NCBI RefSeq assembly: GCF_006345805.1
Contig: NC_043010.1
Span: forward strand, 18,042,001-18,106,000
Length of the DNA: 64,000 nt
Source: Octopus sinensis
Lineage: Eukaryota
Direction: 5' to 3'
The position numbers and the translations under genes are program-made. This document shows positions 25,696 through 39,835 of the stretch, in pieces (within the stretch, counting starts at the first letter, position 1; each line of letters starts with the position of its first letter). The notes below the pieces were generated by a model, which saw nothing but the letters and a program-made list of their open reading frames with translations, ran no database searches and was not told where the DNA came from.

Positions 25696-26255
25696 TATAT
25701 ATATATATGTATATATTATGTGTGTGTGTATATATACATATATGTATATATGTATGTGTGTGTGTATATATATATACATATATATGTGTGTGTGTATATA
25801 TATATATATCTATGTATGTGTGTGTGTGTGTATATATTGTATGTTGTGTGTGTGTGTATATATGGTCTGTGTGTGTGTGTGTGTATATATATGTGTATGT
25901 GTGTGTGTGTATCTATATGTTTATGTGTTGTGTGTATATATATGTGTGTGTGTGTGTTGTATATATATGTATGTGTGTGTGTGGTGTATATATTGTATGT
26001 GTGTGTGTGTATTATTATGTTGTGTGTGTGTGTGTGTATATATGTTAATTGTGTGTGTTGTGTATATATATACATGTATATTGCATGTGGGTGTGTGTAT
26101 ATATATGTATGTTTTGTGTGGTGTATATATGTATGTTTGTGTGTGTGTATATATATGTATGTTTGTGTGTGTGTATATATATGTATATATGTGTGTATAT
26201 ATATATATTGTGTATGTGTATATATATATAATATACATACATACATACATATATG
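25696..26255. repeat. Long compound (TA)n/(TG)n microsatellite
   Basis: About 560 bp of alternating dinucleotides; source of the spurious Cys/Val/Tyr ORFs. Confidence 0.9.
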
Positions 26256-29033
26256 CAACATTCTGTTGTGTCTGGAGGGGGAGTCATTTTCTTTTTGTGC
26301 TTTATAATGTAACACACTCACCGGTAAAATTTCCACTTATTTCTTATTTTTATTTTCCTAAAATTTTCATGGTGTTTTATATGTATTTATATATATATAT
26401 ATATACATACATACACATCTGTGTGCATGTATATGTGTATGGGTATGTTTGTGTGTGTATGAGGTGTATGTATGTACATTGATATATGTGCGTATGCGTA
26501 TACATGCCTACTGCTTCAATCTCTGTCTCCCTCCTTTCTATACAGCTGTCTTTTTTTATTCTCTTTCACAACTCCCTATATTACACCTGATTAATAACTA
26601 ACTACGCAAAAATGCTTCAGCCAAATGTAAATTTTGCATTATTTTATTCTCTGTCTGAAGAATTTCTAATATCTGACATGTTTAACCAACATGTACAACT
26701 TTGTAATTCTTATAAGCAAATGAAACATGTAGAATGATGAATAAATATTACCAAAGAAACTTTCCAAATTCCTGTTTAAGCCAAGTAAAATCATCATCCA
26801 TATATACGGGTTTGTCCTTTGCCAGTGCTGCATAAATGCACGCATACATGAAAGGCACCCAACACACTCTGTAAAGTGGTTGGCATTAGGATGGGCATCC
26901 AGCTGTAGAAACCCTGCCAAAACAGACCGTTTGGAATATGGCCTGCTCTCTGGGCTGGCCTACTCCTGTCAAACCATCCAACCCATGCCAGCATCGAAAA
27001 TGGTTATATATATATCAGTGCCTACTTTGAATAAAATAGATTAATAGCAATATTTTCCTTTTATGGCAAAATATGCACCTAATTCAATAAAATTATGCAG
27101 GTTAGTCTGAATACTATGCATAAAATGCAAAATATTTTTATTGTTTTGTAGATTAAGTAGGCCTAATTCGCCCCTACTTTTCAATCTCAGTATTTATGAT
27201 GCACATAGAACTGCTGTAGTATATGTGCTGCGTACACTCCTACAACACCTTTTTCTGTATGTGCTATCAAGGCAGAAGTAAATCTGCCTTCAACTTGGTC
27301 ACGCGCCTGTGTTTCGCTTATTTTCTGTGTGTTTTACTATATAAAGGTCACCAACTACTTTCCCTGAGTAATTACTGAGAGCACATACCTGATACACACA
27401 CACACACACACACATGCACATGTGACAAATTAGAGAAATAGAAAATGGAATTCACAAGTTTCTTTATTAATGACAAAGATTGTTTCAGCCCATGTTGCAT
27501 CGGTTCCTCATGAATGAAATGCTGTACAACTGGTTGTGGCTCGTCCTTCAATGCAGATGTGTCTCATCAGGTGACTTTTCAAATTCAAAAGGTACCTTGC
27601 TCAATAAACTTTTGCTTGGTTCTATTCTAATGCATGTCATTATTTGCCTGTAGCTGTTTGCCTACAGTTTCCATGGCCTGGAAGGACATGCGATGGATAT
27701 TCATTCATTGAATCTTTCCATGCTACTAAGGCTTTGAAGGGAGTCTTTTCCAGCAAATTCTTCAAGTCTGGATTCTCTTCTAGTTATTGTATTATGAGTA
27801 CCCCCAACCCCCTCTCTTCTCAGCTTTTTTTTTTTTTCCTCCTGGCTATTCTTTTCCTCTTCTGCCTGTTTTTTTCTCTCCAGGCATCCCCTTCCTTCCC
27901 CTCATCTTGCTGGCTTCTTCTCCCTCATTCATATCTCCCTTTCTGGCCAGGCACCAATAACCCCTATCACTTGCCTCTCTCACTATCACATACCTTTCCC
28001 CTCGCTCTCCCTCTCCCTGCTCCTACGTTAGCTCTCTGGGCTACACTCTCTCTCTCTCTCTCTCTCTCTCACTCATTCCTACCATAATTCCCTTTCTGTC
28101 CTTGTTCTTACCACTATTTTCCCCTACCACCACCACTACTCTGATTATTACCACCAACATTACAATTACCACCACCTGTGCCACCATCTCCACCAACACC
28201 ATTTCAACTATCAGCACCACACCACCACCACCAGTAAGCCTGCTGCCTGTGCTGACGTGTTCTTCACTGTATGGCTGTCACTGGTTCAACAACTCCATAG
28301 CTGTGATCTTCAACTTCATTTCTTTCAGAATATGGCCTTCACTGATTCACACACACACACCTCCATCAATCTCCTTCTCTCTCTCTCTCTCTCTCTCTCC
28401 CTCCCTCCCCCCTCTCCACATCATTTATAGCATGGCCACATGCTATTATTCAGAAATTTTAGCTGAATAAATCAACTCCATTACCTCTTTTTTTTTTCAA
28501 GTCTGGTATTTATTCTATCAGTTTCCTATGCTGAACTGCTAAGTTGCGGGAATGTGAACACACCAACAATGGTTGTGAAGCAATAGTGAGGGACAAACAT
28601 GATGAGCTTCTTTCAGTTTCTGTCTATCACATCCACTCACGTGGTGGCTTTGTTAGGCCCAAGTCTACAGTAGAAGACACTTGCCTAAGGTGCCATGCAG
28701 TGGGACTGAACCCAGAACCATGTGGTTGAGAAACAAACTTTTTAGCAGACAACCATGCCTGTGCATATAAAATATATATGTATATATATATGTTAATAAA
28801 ATAGAACATATGCATATATATAAACATATATGTACGTACCTACCTCTACATGTACATATACACGCATATATGTGTACAGGACACCAAAAAGACGTCGAAC
28901 ACATAGAGAGACGAAACACATAGACACAAACCAAGGAACAAGACAAGCAAAAAAAAGAGAGATACAGGACAATAAGCACAACGAAAAATCCCCTTCTTCA
29001 GTCGCTAAGGTTTCATCTACTAAACATTTCGAA

Positions 29034-29064
<31 letters not shown>

Positions 29065-29067
<3 letters not shown>

Positions 29068-29893
29068 GGTGCAGTGAATAAACTGTCATCTAATTACGCA
29101 AAAATAACACTGACAGCTCATTTTAACAGATATATTTACCAAAATTACATAAAAATATCTTGAAATACTAAAGAGTAAATTTATTCAATAAAATCACCAT
29201 TGGCTTCAACCACACCCTCCAGACGACTTTAGAATCTCCTGCAACTCTTCTGGGTGGTCTCCTTGTTTCAGTTGGTGAATATTACCATAATTCTTGTCTT
29301 TCAGCTCATCTTTGTTGTAACAAGAAGTTTTTTTGGTTTCTCGCTCAACTTCGCCCCACATACAATAATCAAGGGGGTTGCAGTCTGGGGAGTTTGGTGG
29401 CCAGATGTTTGGGGTCATATGGTCGTAGAAACTGTCTGACAGTCATGACTGGTTCATGATTGGTGCAGAGTTCTGTTGCCAGACTTTGGATCTTCCAGCA
29501 GCCACTCTCTTGACACAAGAAAGCACTACCTCCTCTGGGCACTTGATATAGACCTCCGTGTTGAGTTTGAGGCTGTGTGGGAAGATGAATGGAAGCACAA
29601 CATCACTATCACTAGCGATCACTCCAAAACACCTGGATGTTTGATTTTTATCACTCTCAGATTGACACCCAAACACTCTGAAATGTTCACATTCAAGCTT
29701 CTGGCACAAATGCAAAGCAGTACAGTGTGTCATTTTCAAATTCCTGGCAGAGTGAATTGCGTCATGGGGCTGTTTTTCTCACAGACAATGCCCAACTGCC
29801 CCTTCTATACTGTGTAGTTGACAAAATCAAAAACAATGTACATGCACGAAATTAAAAATATAAAATGGTGACAATTTTACCCATCGCATCCTG
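29065..29893 (-). mobile_element. Second maT/mariner relic, same family, opposite orientation
   Basis: CAGGGTG terminus within (TA)n; minus-strand WPPNSPDCNPLDY and FGVIASDSDVVLPFIFP; colinear with 3628-4501. Confidence 0.85.
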
Positions 29894-30826
29894 GATATAT
29901 ATATATATAGTTAATCCAAACATGAAAACACAAAGAGAAAACACAACAACACGAGGACATGGAACAAGAAAAGTGTTATTGGACGCTCAGGAAAGGAAAG
30001 ATCCAAGGAAGGGAAGACAGAAAAAAAATCATCAACGGTACACACGCGATCACATTTTGAATATATATATATATATATAAGCCATGTTGGGGTTTCAGTC
30101 AAAAGAAATTGGCCTCAGTATTTATCTTTAAATCTGGTACTTACTCTGTCAGTCTTTTTTTATGGAGGTGTAAACAAAGCAACATCGGTTGTCATTCAAT
30201 GAAGGGGTGGGGAAAAGACACAGAGACACACACACACACACACACACATTCTGTGCTATGGGCTTCCACAGTTTCCTTTTTACCATATTCCCTCACAAGG
30301 CATCCGTGAGCCCATGACTTGTAGAAGACACTGGACCTGAAACCAAAGTGAGATTCTTAATCGCGCTGCTATGCCTGTCTACATAATGTGTGTGTTTGTG
30401 TGTATGCATGTATGTATATATATATATATATATATATATAGTTAATCCAAACAAGAAAGCACAAAAAAACACAACAACGCGAGGATGTAGAACAAATATA
30501 TTTGACGCTCAGGAAAGAAGGAGGGTTTAACGTTTCGAGCGGAGCTCTTCGTCGGAAACATAGGAGAAGGGAAGACAGAGGGAAAAAAATCGCCAACGGT
30601 ACGACCATAAATATGAAACGTGTGTTTGTGTGTGTCTGTGTTTGTACCCCCACAGTTGTTTTTATTTCCCCTGTAACTTAGCAATTTGGCAAAAGAGATC
30701 AATAGAATACGTACTAGGCTTACAAAGAATAAGCCCTGGGGTTGATCTGTTTGACTAAAGGCGGTGCTTTAGCATGGCCACAGTCAAATGACTGAAACAA
30801 ATAAAAGAATATATATATGTATATAT

Positions 30827-31090
30827 ATTTATAAATTAGGATATCTACGAGATACCACCATGCTGAAAATAGCAGCCATGGACTGACTCTAAAACCACCT
30901 TATGTTTTCATATAGCAACATGGAGAAAAGACAAAGAGACAAGATGAAATTAGTAAAAAATTACTTTACTAGTTTCATCTTGTCTCTGTTTTTTCTCCAT
31001 GTTGCTATATGAAAACTTGTGATTTTAGAGTCAGTTCATGGCTGCTATTTTCAGCATGGTGGTATCTCGTAGATACCCTAATTTATAAAT
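30827..31090. repeat. ~130-bp-arm palindrome
   Basis: ATTTATAAATTAGG...GAGACAAGATGAAA / TTTCATCTTGTCTC...CCTAATTTATAAAT. Confidence 0.85.
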
Positions 31091-31435
31091 TTAATAATTA
31101 TTACCTTTGAAGGTTATTTTTCTCATGCTGACCACTTGATAAGTTCGTTATTTTATTTTAGATTAATGATCTTATCCATATATATAGGTATGTGTGTATG
31201 TATATGCATGTGTGTGTGTGTGTGTATGTATGTGTGATAATTTAGAAAATTGATAGATATGAAATAGCCATTTTCAATGGTGGAACTTGAAGATAAAGCT
31301 ATAAACTAACACCATATAGATTATTGGTTTGACTCCACCACCAACCTTTGATGAAATAAAATTAAAGGCAACCATCCAACAGCTATTACCTCCTTCAAAT
31401 TTCAGCATTAAAAATGATTCATACACACACACACA

Positions 31436-31504
<69 letters not shown>

Positions 31505-32717
31505 ATCTAAGCTTTTTGTTATTTTCCATTGTTTATGTTAAGTGCGTGGAATATATTATTTCTTTCTTTCTTTGTGAATGTGTGTGTGCGAATTATTGTC
31601 TGTTGTGTGTCAAGTGTTGTGTGTGAATGTTACTTTTTATGTGGTGGTGATCATGGGCAGAAGCATGGCGAAATGGTTCAGAAGTTTGCTTTTTCAATCA
31701 TGAGCTCTTTGAGCAAAGTCATCAGCCACCCAAGCCACCATGTCACATTGAGTCTGCCTGAGAATTTACATTAGCAACCCAAATGTCTGTGGATTGCTCA
31801 AACACTACAACAGTTACCGACATTAACCCTTTGGCATTCAGATTGCTCTCGTCAAATGCAGTGCTTATTTTTTCATGTTATTTTAAAATTAATCATAGTC
31901 AAAACTATGGAAAAGGTTGCAAGACGCAACAAAAATTTTAGGACAATAAAAATAAGAAAAAAGTGGAAATTTTACCGGTGAGTGTGTTATATTATAAGGT
32001 ACAAAAAGAAAATGACTCTCCCCAGGCACAACGGAATAATCATGAATTATTTTGTAGCTTTGAGATTTCAGTGACGTGACTATTTTTAGAATGAGGTGTG
32101 AGAGGCCGGATCTTATTGGTTTGAACACAAAACAGTATTTGGGTTGGATGTGGCAAGTTTAAGTACCAAAGAGCTAATAACCCTGCAAGATCACATATCA
32201 TCATCATCATAATCATCGTTATGATCATGTGCAATTGTTTCTCTGTGTTACTTTCTATGTTAATTACTGATGTGCACATCATGTATTTCTGTGTGTGTTT
32301 GTCACCATTTGTGTATAATTATGCGAATCAATAAAATGTTGTTTTGATTCAGTTCTGCTCTGACCTGGCAGATCTCTAGTGAAAAGGGTTTCCAGCTATG
32401 ACCACCCCTTCTCTTTGTAAATCAGAGATTATGTTGTCCAATCTTTTCTTCTTTCTTAAAGAATATAGGGCAAGTATCATTGGAGGGTGATTTAGCTGCT
32501 AATTTTAGCTGTTCAAGTAATTCTCCCACAATAAAATGGATGCAATGCAGTAGGTTGGTTAGGAAAATGCAGGTGAATAGGGATTTGTAGAGAGATGAAA
32601 GGATTGAGTGGTGGGGATGTTATAGCAAAAAGGGACCAGGGTTAATGAGGATGCACTTGAACAGGGGTTTATAAACTACTCCAGAGAATAAGTGTCTTTA
32701 ATTCAATTATTGGTTAA

Positions 32718-32929
32718 CCCTTTCGTTACTGTATTTTGAGATGCTCTGTGTTTCTTTCAATTACTTTAAATATAACAAAGAATTCAGTAAAATAACTTAG
32801 TTATCATTAAGCTAGTGTTAGGAACATGAATTGTGACTAAGGTTTTTGGTGGAAGATTTTAATTCAGATCATTTGAAAACAAGACCTACAGAGTCAGAGC
32901 TGGTTTCAGCCAGGTTGGTATCAAAAGGG
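32718..32929. mobile_element. piggyBac-type MITE (TTAA TSD)
   Basis: TTAA|CCCTTT...AAAGGG|TTAA; inverted homologue at 52646-52862. Confidence 0.8.
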
Positions 32930-33849
32930 TTAATTTTATTAAAATATTTATTAATCCTTTGATTTTCGCTTACTGTCTTCAGGGTTCAGTAAATAAAGTA
33001 CCAGCCATGTATTAGGGTTGATGTGCTGTTACACAATCCAATGACAAGTACCTGTAAGGAGAAAAAAGTGATATCATCATCATTCGTCATTCAAAGTCTA
33101 TGCTTGCACGGGTTGGACTGTTTGACAAGCGCTGGCAAGCCGGGGAGCTGTTCCAGGGGTTTCATTGTCTGCTTTTGCATGGTTCCTATGGCTAGATACC
33201 CTTCCTAATGGCAACCACTTCACATAGTGGCATCAACACTGGTGCTTTCTGCATAGCACCAGCAGGGTTGCCAAGTCACTTGCAAGATGAAGGCCTCTCA
33301 GCTGGGAGATGGAATGGAACCAAAGGAAGTGGTGTGTGCCACATGAGAGGTTAGAGTGTAATAGAGAGACAGAGCTAGGTGGTTTACTGTAGAGGAGATA
33401 CTTGGCTACCCCAAGAGGAAAATAAAGAAGAAGGGGAGAGAAAGTAAGCGGGGATGAGAGAGAGAAATAGATGGTGTTGGGGACACATTGGGACCTACCC
33501 TTATGGAACAGTGGGTGGGGGTGAGTATAAGTAGTACAGAGGGGATAGAGGTGAATGTTCCATGAGAGTGAGAGGGGAGGTGTTTAGAGATGAGGAAGAG
33601 GTGACTGTAGTAAGTGATGGCAAAAGAAATTGGAGTGGGTAGGAGGTGGGGTAGGGTAGATATGTGAAGGCATGGAGAGTGTGTGGGTAGGTATGTGAGG
33701 CAGAGTGGAGGGGACCTGCAGCAGATGGTGGTCATGGGTTATGGGTAGTTTTGAAAGAGGACAGATTATGTGTGTGTGTGAGAGAGGGTGCATGGCCATA
33801 AAGGACGTTGTTTATATGTAGGGATGGCCATCATTTTACTTAGCTTGCT

Positions 33850-34600
33850 GTGTCTTCTGAAGCACAGAAAATCACCAGAAGTCTTGTTCCCTTGTTATCT
33901 TCTCTGTGGGGCTCAACATCTAAACAGCCTTTCTCACACCTTCCTGGGCCTGCCTCTTCCACAATTAGAGATTGGGGCTGATTTATTCTGGCAGTGCCAA
34001 ACCCCTTGTCCAATGAGTCCACAACTGCATCAGCTCATGCATATCTTGTTTTGGGAGTGCCAGCTCAGACTGTCTGGCCATGTGGCTTGGTTTTCTGAAT
34101 CCCTACTTACTGTGTTTTCCCCATTGAGGATCCAGCTGGGTTGACAGCTCGTGTTGGTCAGCCAGATGAGGAGGTATCTTGTGCAGGTGGGGACTGACTG
34201 GGACTCTGCTTGACAGGTCATCCAGGAAGACCTGAGAATATACTAACAAATGGTGAAGCAACGTACTACAATGGTGCACGCCCCCCCCCCAACACCTCAT
34301 CTCACCTGACTGCTTTAAACAGCTGTCCTCATCCATATGTGTCACATGACCACAACAATGCACTGGTCTCTTTTGGACACTACATCTAATGCCTTTTACA
34401 ACCAATTTTTCTCTTACTTTGTCATACATGCACACTGACATTGTACATCCAGTGGATTGTTCCACCTTCATTTCTTTCAAGCCATTGCATGTCCCCTGCA
34501 ATCGCAGCCCATGTGTTTCACTGCCATGTTGCATAGTTATCCATACACAGGCATCATGCAGTCTCTAAGGTCTTTCTTTCATATTGGAAGGTTTTTTGAT
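33850..34600 (-). mobile_element. Decayed RTE LINE 3' fragments
   Basis: HGSETH...VREKLVVKGIRCSVQKR...GHVTHMDEDSC resembles the RTE ORF C-terminus. Confidence 0.6.
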
Positions 34601-36169
34601 CTTATGTCATGATGGTCAGTAGCAGTAAACCTGTTGTAGAAAATCATGAAAGCAAGCCTTTCTTCTCATCTGTTTAATGTAGTTCATTATCTTCTTTAGT
34701 AATTTTCTGCTGTTTTAAGCTCATTTGATGATTGTCAGGATTTCCCATATTCAGCAGTTCAGGTTGTATTGATCCATGCTGTTAGATCCGTTTCATTTAT
34801 AACTGTGCAAAGTGCTCAGATTTTATATATTTATGTATCACAAATCTAGTCAAGGGCTTTTGGTATATTGTCCATGAATCAAGTGATCATAGGTTGAGAA
34901 GTGAAAACAATATATAGCAGCCTATAAATTGGTGTATTAGTAATTCAGAAAATAGTAAATATTCAGGATAGAAGCAGAAACTTTTGAAAATATTTTGGGC
35001 CTTCATTAGCCTGAAAAATTCTGTCCATGTTGAGCTGGAAGTTTTTTTCAAAAGAAACCGTTTTGTTGACCTGTAACCTTCGGTCAACAAAATCATTGTA
35101 AGTAAAATTTGGTTGTTGGAAATAATGTGTTTGAGGGGGTGGGTGTTTGTATGTGTGTGGGTGGGTGCACATACATGTGTAAAATCTTAGCATTTTCCCA
35201 TGGCTGACACTGCTTTCAGCTTTTCTCTATTGGTGTTCTCAATGTTCCCATTTTTCATGGCTGTTACTTCCTTTCTTTCAGATGAATTTTTTGCTTACAA
35301 AAATGAAAGCAGAATCTCTCACCTCATACCTTGTTTAAAATAAAATACTGGATCCTGGAGTTTTCTGTCTACTATTTGCATAAAGATGGGTTGGATTTTG
35401 GCTATTAAAGTTTTGATCATAAGTTCACTGTATTAGTGTCGACCTGGGGGTCTAACCACCAACAATAACCATCACATATTTCTCTGTGGGTGTAATCGTA
35501 TTAATCAATAGACTTCAAGTTTATGATGTGAATAAACAGTTACAAGTAAATCAGTGAATAGTTGAGAGAAAAAAATCATCTTTATTGTAAACCTTATTAT
35601 AAATCATCTTTATAATAAACCTTTTAAATAAGTATCAGCTGAGTTTGACTTCTAAAACCTGACAGCTTTTATAAAGAGGAAGCTGTCACTTTGCCAGATC
35701 CTCGTTATTTATAGCTCCCTGATCTAACTCTTCAGCTCTCCCCCCCCCCCGCCTTTGTCTTCCCCAAGGACATACTGCATTCTTCTAATATGGTGTTTGT
35801 TGCTGTTACTACAGCAAGGTCAGTCAGTCAGTTGTTGGTTTACCCTGCTGGTGCCCATTTGAAGTGACAGACTAATGTAAACACATTCGCCTAGACACAG
35901 GGACATAGGTAGCTAGGTAAGATAGCCAGGTAGGAATATAAAGAGGTAGGGACACAGGAATTGGATGTGCACAACATCTAATAATTTGGATTCTTTTAGC
36001 TATATCTTTACTGTTTTGAACAAGGCATGGGCGGCACACCAGCCCCCCCCCCCTCATAAATGGCTGTGTGTGTGTGTGTGTGCACATCGAATTTGTTATG
36101 TGGGATTAAGACTGAGAAATATAAAAGAGACTTGCCAGTAATACACACACAAACACACACGTACATAAC

Positions 36170-36510
36170 TGCATGCATGGCTGTGTGATAAGAAGCTTGC
36201 TTCCCAACCACAAGCTTCCTTGTTCAGTCTCACTGCATGGCACCTTGGGCGAGTGTCTTCTACTATAGCCTCAGACTGACCAAAGCCATGTGAATGGATT
36301 TGGTAGACGGAAACTGAAAGAAGCCTGCCATTTGTGTGTCTGGGTTTATGTCCCTGTAACTTAGCAGTTTGCCAAAAGTGACTGATAGAATAAGTTCCAG
36401 GCTTGAATGAGAAAATAAGTGCTGGGGTTGATTCATGTGACTAGAAATTCTTGAAGGCAGTGCTCCAGCATGACCACAGTCTGAAGACTGAAACAAGTAA
36501 AAGAATAAAA
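36170..36510 (+). mobile_element. SINE family B
   Basis: Match to 53522-53880. Confidence 0.8.
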
Positions 36511-36559
36511 GAAAGACAAAAAGATATATTTATATAGTAAGGTGGATGGATGGATAGTT

Positions 36560-36612
<53 letters not shown>

Positions 36613-37406
36613 TGTGCTCACACATTCTGCTAGACAAACAACCAAGCAGTCTTGAAAGGGAGTATCACATTAAGAAATAGAAAGAGAGAGAGAGATGGCT
36701 GTATGTGGTGAGGTCTTCTACTCTCTCCTCTCCTCTCTCTGTCGCTCTCTCTCCTCCCCTCCCCCTCCCTCCACGTGTCATGAATTCATACCCACTTTCA
36801 AAGTTGGTGTGGGTTGGACAGGTTGTCATGATCTGAGTCAGTTTTTATTTCTGAATCACTCTCCTCACATCCCTTAATGTTCAGAGATACCTGTGTGCGT
36901 GTGTGTGTCCACGCGTTTATAAAATAATTGCCATGGGAAAAGGGGTCTAATAACTAATCAAGCCATTTGCTGGTCATTCCAGATTGATGAGGAGGGTTGA
37001 GTCGGATGTTCTGTTTAAATTTCTAAGGTTCATACTTGTAGGTAAAAAGTAGGGGCAAAGAGAGAAATCAAAAGGTGGCACTAGGGAAGGGGGATAAGAT
37101 ATATGTCTACCTGCCTATCCACCTACCTATATACCTGTCTCCATGCTTATTTATCCTGCTGTCTACACAGTTACCTGTCTACACCCCATCTATCTATCCA
37201 TCATCCCTTCTGTTCACTTTCTTTCTGCTTATGTATGTTAGTTTTTTTTCTTTTAATCCGGAGGGAAAGTCATGCCCATCACCTATGACAGGATCTTCCA
37301 CACAAGTGGGAGGAATCTCCTCTGCCAGGCTTGTCAACCTGACTTCACAATTTTGTCCCATGTCTTCCTTGTTGCCCCCTCTAAAAGCATATCGTTAACA
37401 TCTATA

Positions 37407-37745
37407 GGTGCAGGCATGGCTGCGTGGTAAGTTATTTGCTTCCCAACCTCATGGTTCTGGGTTCAGTCTTACTGTGTGGAAACTTGGGCAAGTGTCTTCT
37501 GCTACAGTTTTGAACTAATTAAAGCCTTGTTGGTTAATTTTTGTTGATAGAAACTGAAAGAAATTCATTGTGTGTGTGCGTGTGTTTGTCCCCCACCACT
37601 GTTTGACAGCTGGTGTTGGTGTGTTTACATCCCCATAACTTAGTGGTTCAGCAAAAGAGAACAATACAATAATTACCAGACTCTAAAAATAAAGTACAGG
37701 GGTCGACCATTTTGACTAAAATTCTTCAAGGTTGTACTCCAGCAT
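37407..37745 (+). mobile_element. SINE family B
   Basis: Match to 53522-53880. Confidence 0.75.
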
Positions 37746-38298
37746 GTCTCTGCCCCACTCCTATTTTCCTTACATTCCCCCAAACTGAGACTTGCCATTG
37801 CCCACACTTCTATGTTCACCCTTCAATGCTCTCATATCTGTCCTCATCTCTCCTATCTGTCACTCCTTTCACACCCTTGCAAACATATCTATCCAATTAG
37901 CCATCCTCGATTCTCTACCCTTATTCTCCCTCTATCCACCCTCTGGTACCATGAGGATATACCCTGATATTCAAATTCTGTTATCCTTTCTCCCTTCTTT
38001 GCTGAGGTGCCATTCTCTTTTCCCTAATTTAACCTCTCTTTACATGGCACAAAGCTACCTCCCATAATATTGCACTCTCACTCTGTCAAGGGGTTTTGTC
38101 TTGTGAATCACTTGGTGACTCCATTAGTTGTGATGTCGTGAGAAAAGCACGCAATATGCTCTGCAAAATGATTGGCTTTAAGGAGAGCATCTGGCTGTAG
38201 ACATTAGAGGTTTGTCAGATTGTGTCAACTCATCCAACCCCTGCCAGTATGAGATATGGATGTTAAATGATGATGATGGTTATATAATAAATATGTGC

Positions 38299-38532
38299 AA
38301 GGGTGCCGAGCTGGCAGAAACGTTAGCACGCCGGGCGAAATGCTTAGCGGTATTTCGTCTGTCATTACGTTCTGAGTTCAAATTCTGCCGAGGTCGACTT
38401 TGCCTTTCATCCTTTCGGGGTCGATAAATTATGTACCAGTTTCACACTGGGGTCGATGTAATCGACTTAATCCCTTTGTCTGTCCTTGTTTGTCCCCTCT
38501 ATGTTTAGCCCCTTGTGGGTAGTAAAGAAATA
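38299..38532 (+). mobile_element. SINE family A
   Basis: Full-length match to the other copies. Confidence 0.85.
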
Positions 38533-38637
38533 TATAATGAATATGTGCATGTACAGATAACTTTAGGGATAGAACGATTGATTGATTGTCATCACCAACG
38601 TTGTCATCATCAACCACAATCTCCTCTTATTTTCCAG

Positions 38638-38694
38638 ATGCCATCGCAGGTGATGAAAATATTCGAGTGACGACATCTTTGAAAAGTAAAAAAG
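38638..38694 (+). CDS. LMAN1: LMAN1 exon: (D)AIAGDENIRVTTSLKSKK(G)
   Basis: Acceptor ttttccag and donor gttcga; phase 1/1; homologous to human NAIPSSDQIRVAPSLKSQRG. Confidence 0.9.
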
Positions 38695-38726
38695 GTTCGA
38701 ACTGATCTTGTTTGTTTCCATTCCTC

Positions 38727-38759
<33 letters not shown>

Positions 38760-39804
38760 TCATTCACACTGACTTGTACACTGTGTGACACCTACACATA
38801 TATATCAGGCAGTGCTCTGGCACATACATATACACATTCATAAAGTTACACATGACAATGGAGCACACACACGCATACATACTACATGTAAACTGTTAGG
38901 TATCTACACAAGCACACATTGACACAATGTAACACACACACATACACACACCACACGCATACTCTCTGCAGCACCTACAAAATAGCAGTTACATCTATAA
39001 ATTTATGTGCACACACACACACACACACACATTCTCATGTGCACCCACCACTTGCATGAATATGCACACACTGATGAGGCTGTAGTGACATATAACATGT
39101 TGTACAATGTTTGTTGCAGGTTGGGTGTGGACCAAAAATCCTGTCCCACATGACAATTGGGTCATTGAAGTGACCTTCCGGGTCACAGGCCGAGGAAGGG
39201 TTGGAGCTGATGGCTTGGTAAATCCTTTTCTATTGTTCTCCCTTTCTATGTTCTTCTCTCTATTTACACATCTCTGTCATTCTCTCTCTCTCTCTCTTTT
39301 CATTTTCTCTTTTACATCATTATTTCTACCTCATATTACAGTTATTAAGATGTTGCTTTCTTGCTCAAGGTGTCAGTTCAAATCCATCAATTATATTTGG
39401 TTGTGTTTCCTATCAGATCATCATATTCTGTATTACCTACTTGTGAAGAGATTTCTTATCTGCTTAATTATGTATTGCAGCCAGCACTATCACATACACA
39501 CACACACACACATACATGCACACACATACACATACATGCACACACATACACATACATGCACACATGCACACGACTAATATCATTTTGTCTTCTGACTGTC
39601 AGGCCATCTGGTACACACTGGATAAAGCAGTTGAAGGTCCTGTTTTTGGTAATATGGACAAATGGAATGGAATGGGACTTTTCTTTGACTCATTTGACAA
39701 TGATGGGCAGGTAAGTTTTACAGTTCATGTTAGATTGTTTTCTTTTGGAATTAGAGACAGTCTTTTTACTAGAAATTCCCTCTAACTTCATTATTCTACA
39801 AAAC

Positions 39805-39835
<31 letters not shown>

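Noticed and set aside
25635-26482. Long Cys/Val/Tyr/Ile-rich ORFs (up to 254 aa)
   Set aside because: Dinucleotide microsatellite that simply lacks stop codons.
35061-35092. 11-bp hairpin TTTTGTTGACC/GGTCAACAAAA as a miRNA or terminator
   Set aside because: Too short for a pre-miRNA, and intrinsic terminators do not apply in this eukaryotic context.
38638-38670. ATG at 38638 as the LMAN1 start codon
   Set aside because: Out of frame with the lectin domain, stops after 10 codons, and encodes no signal peptide.
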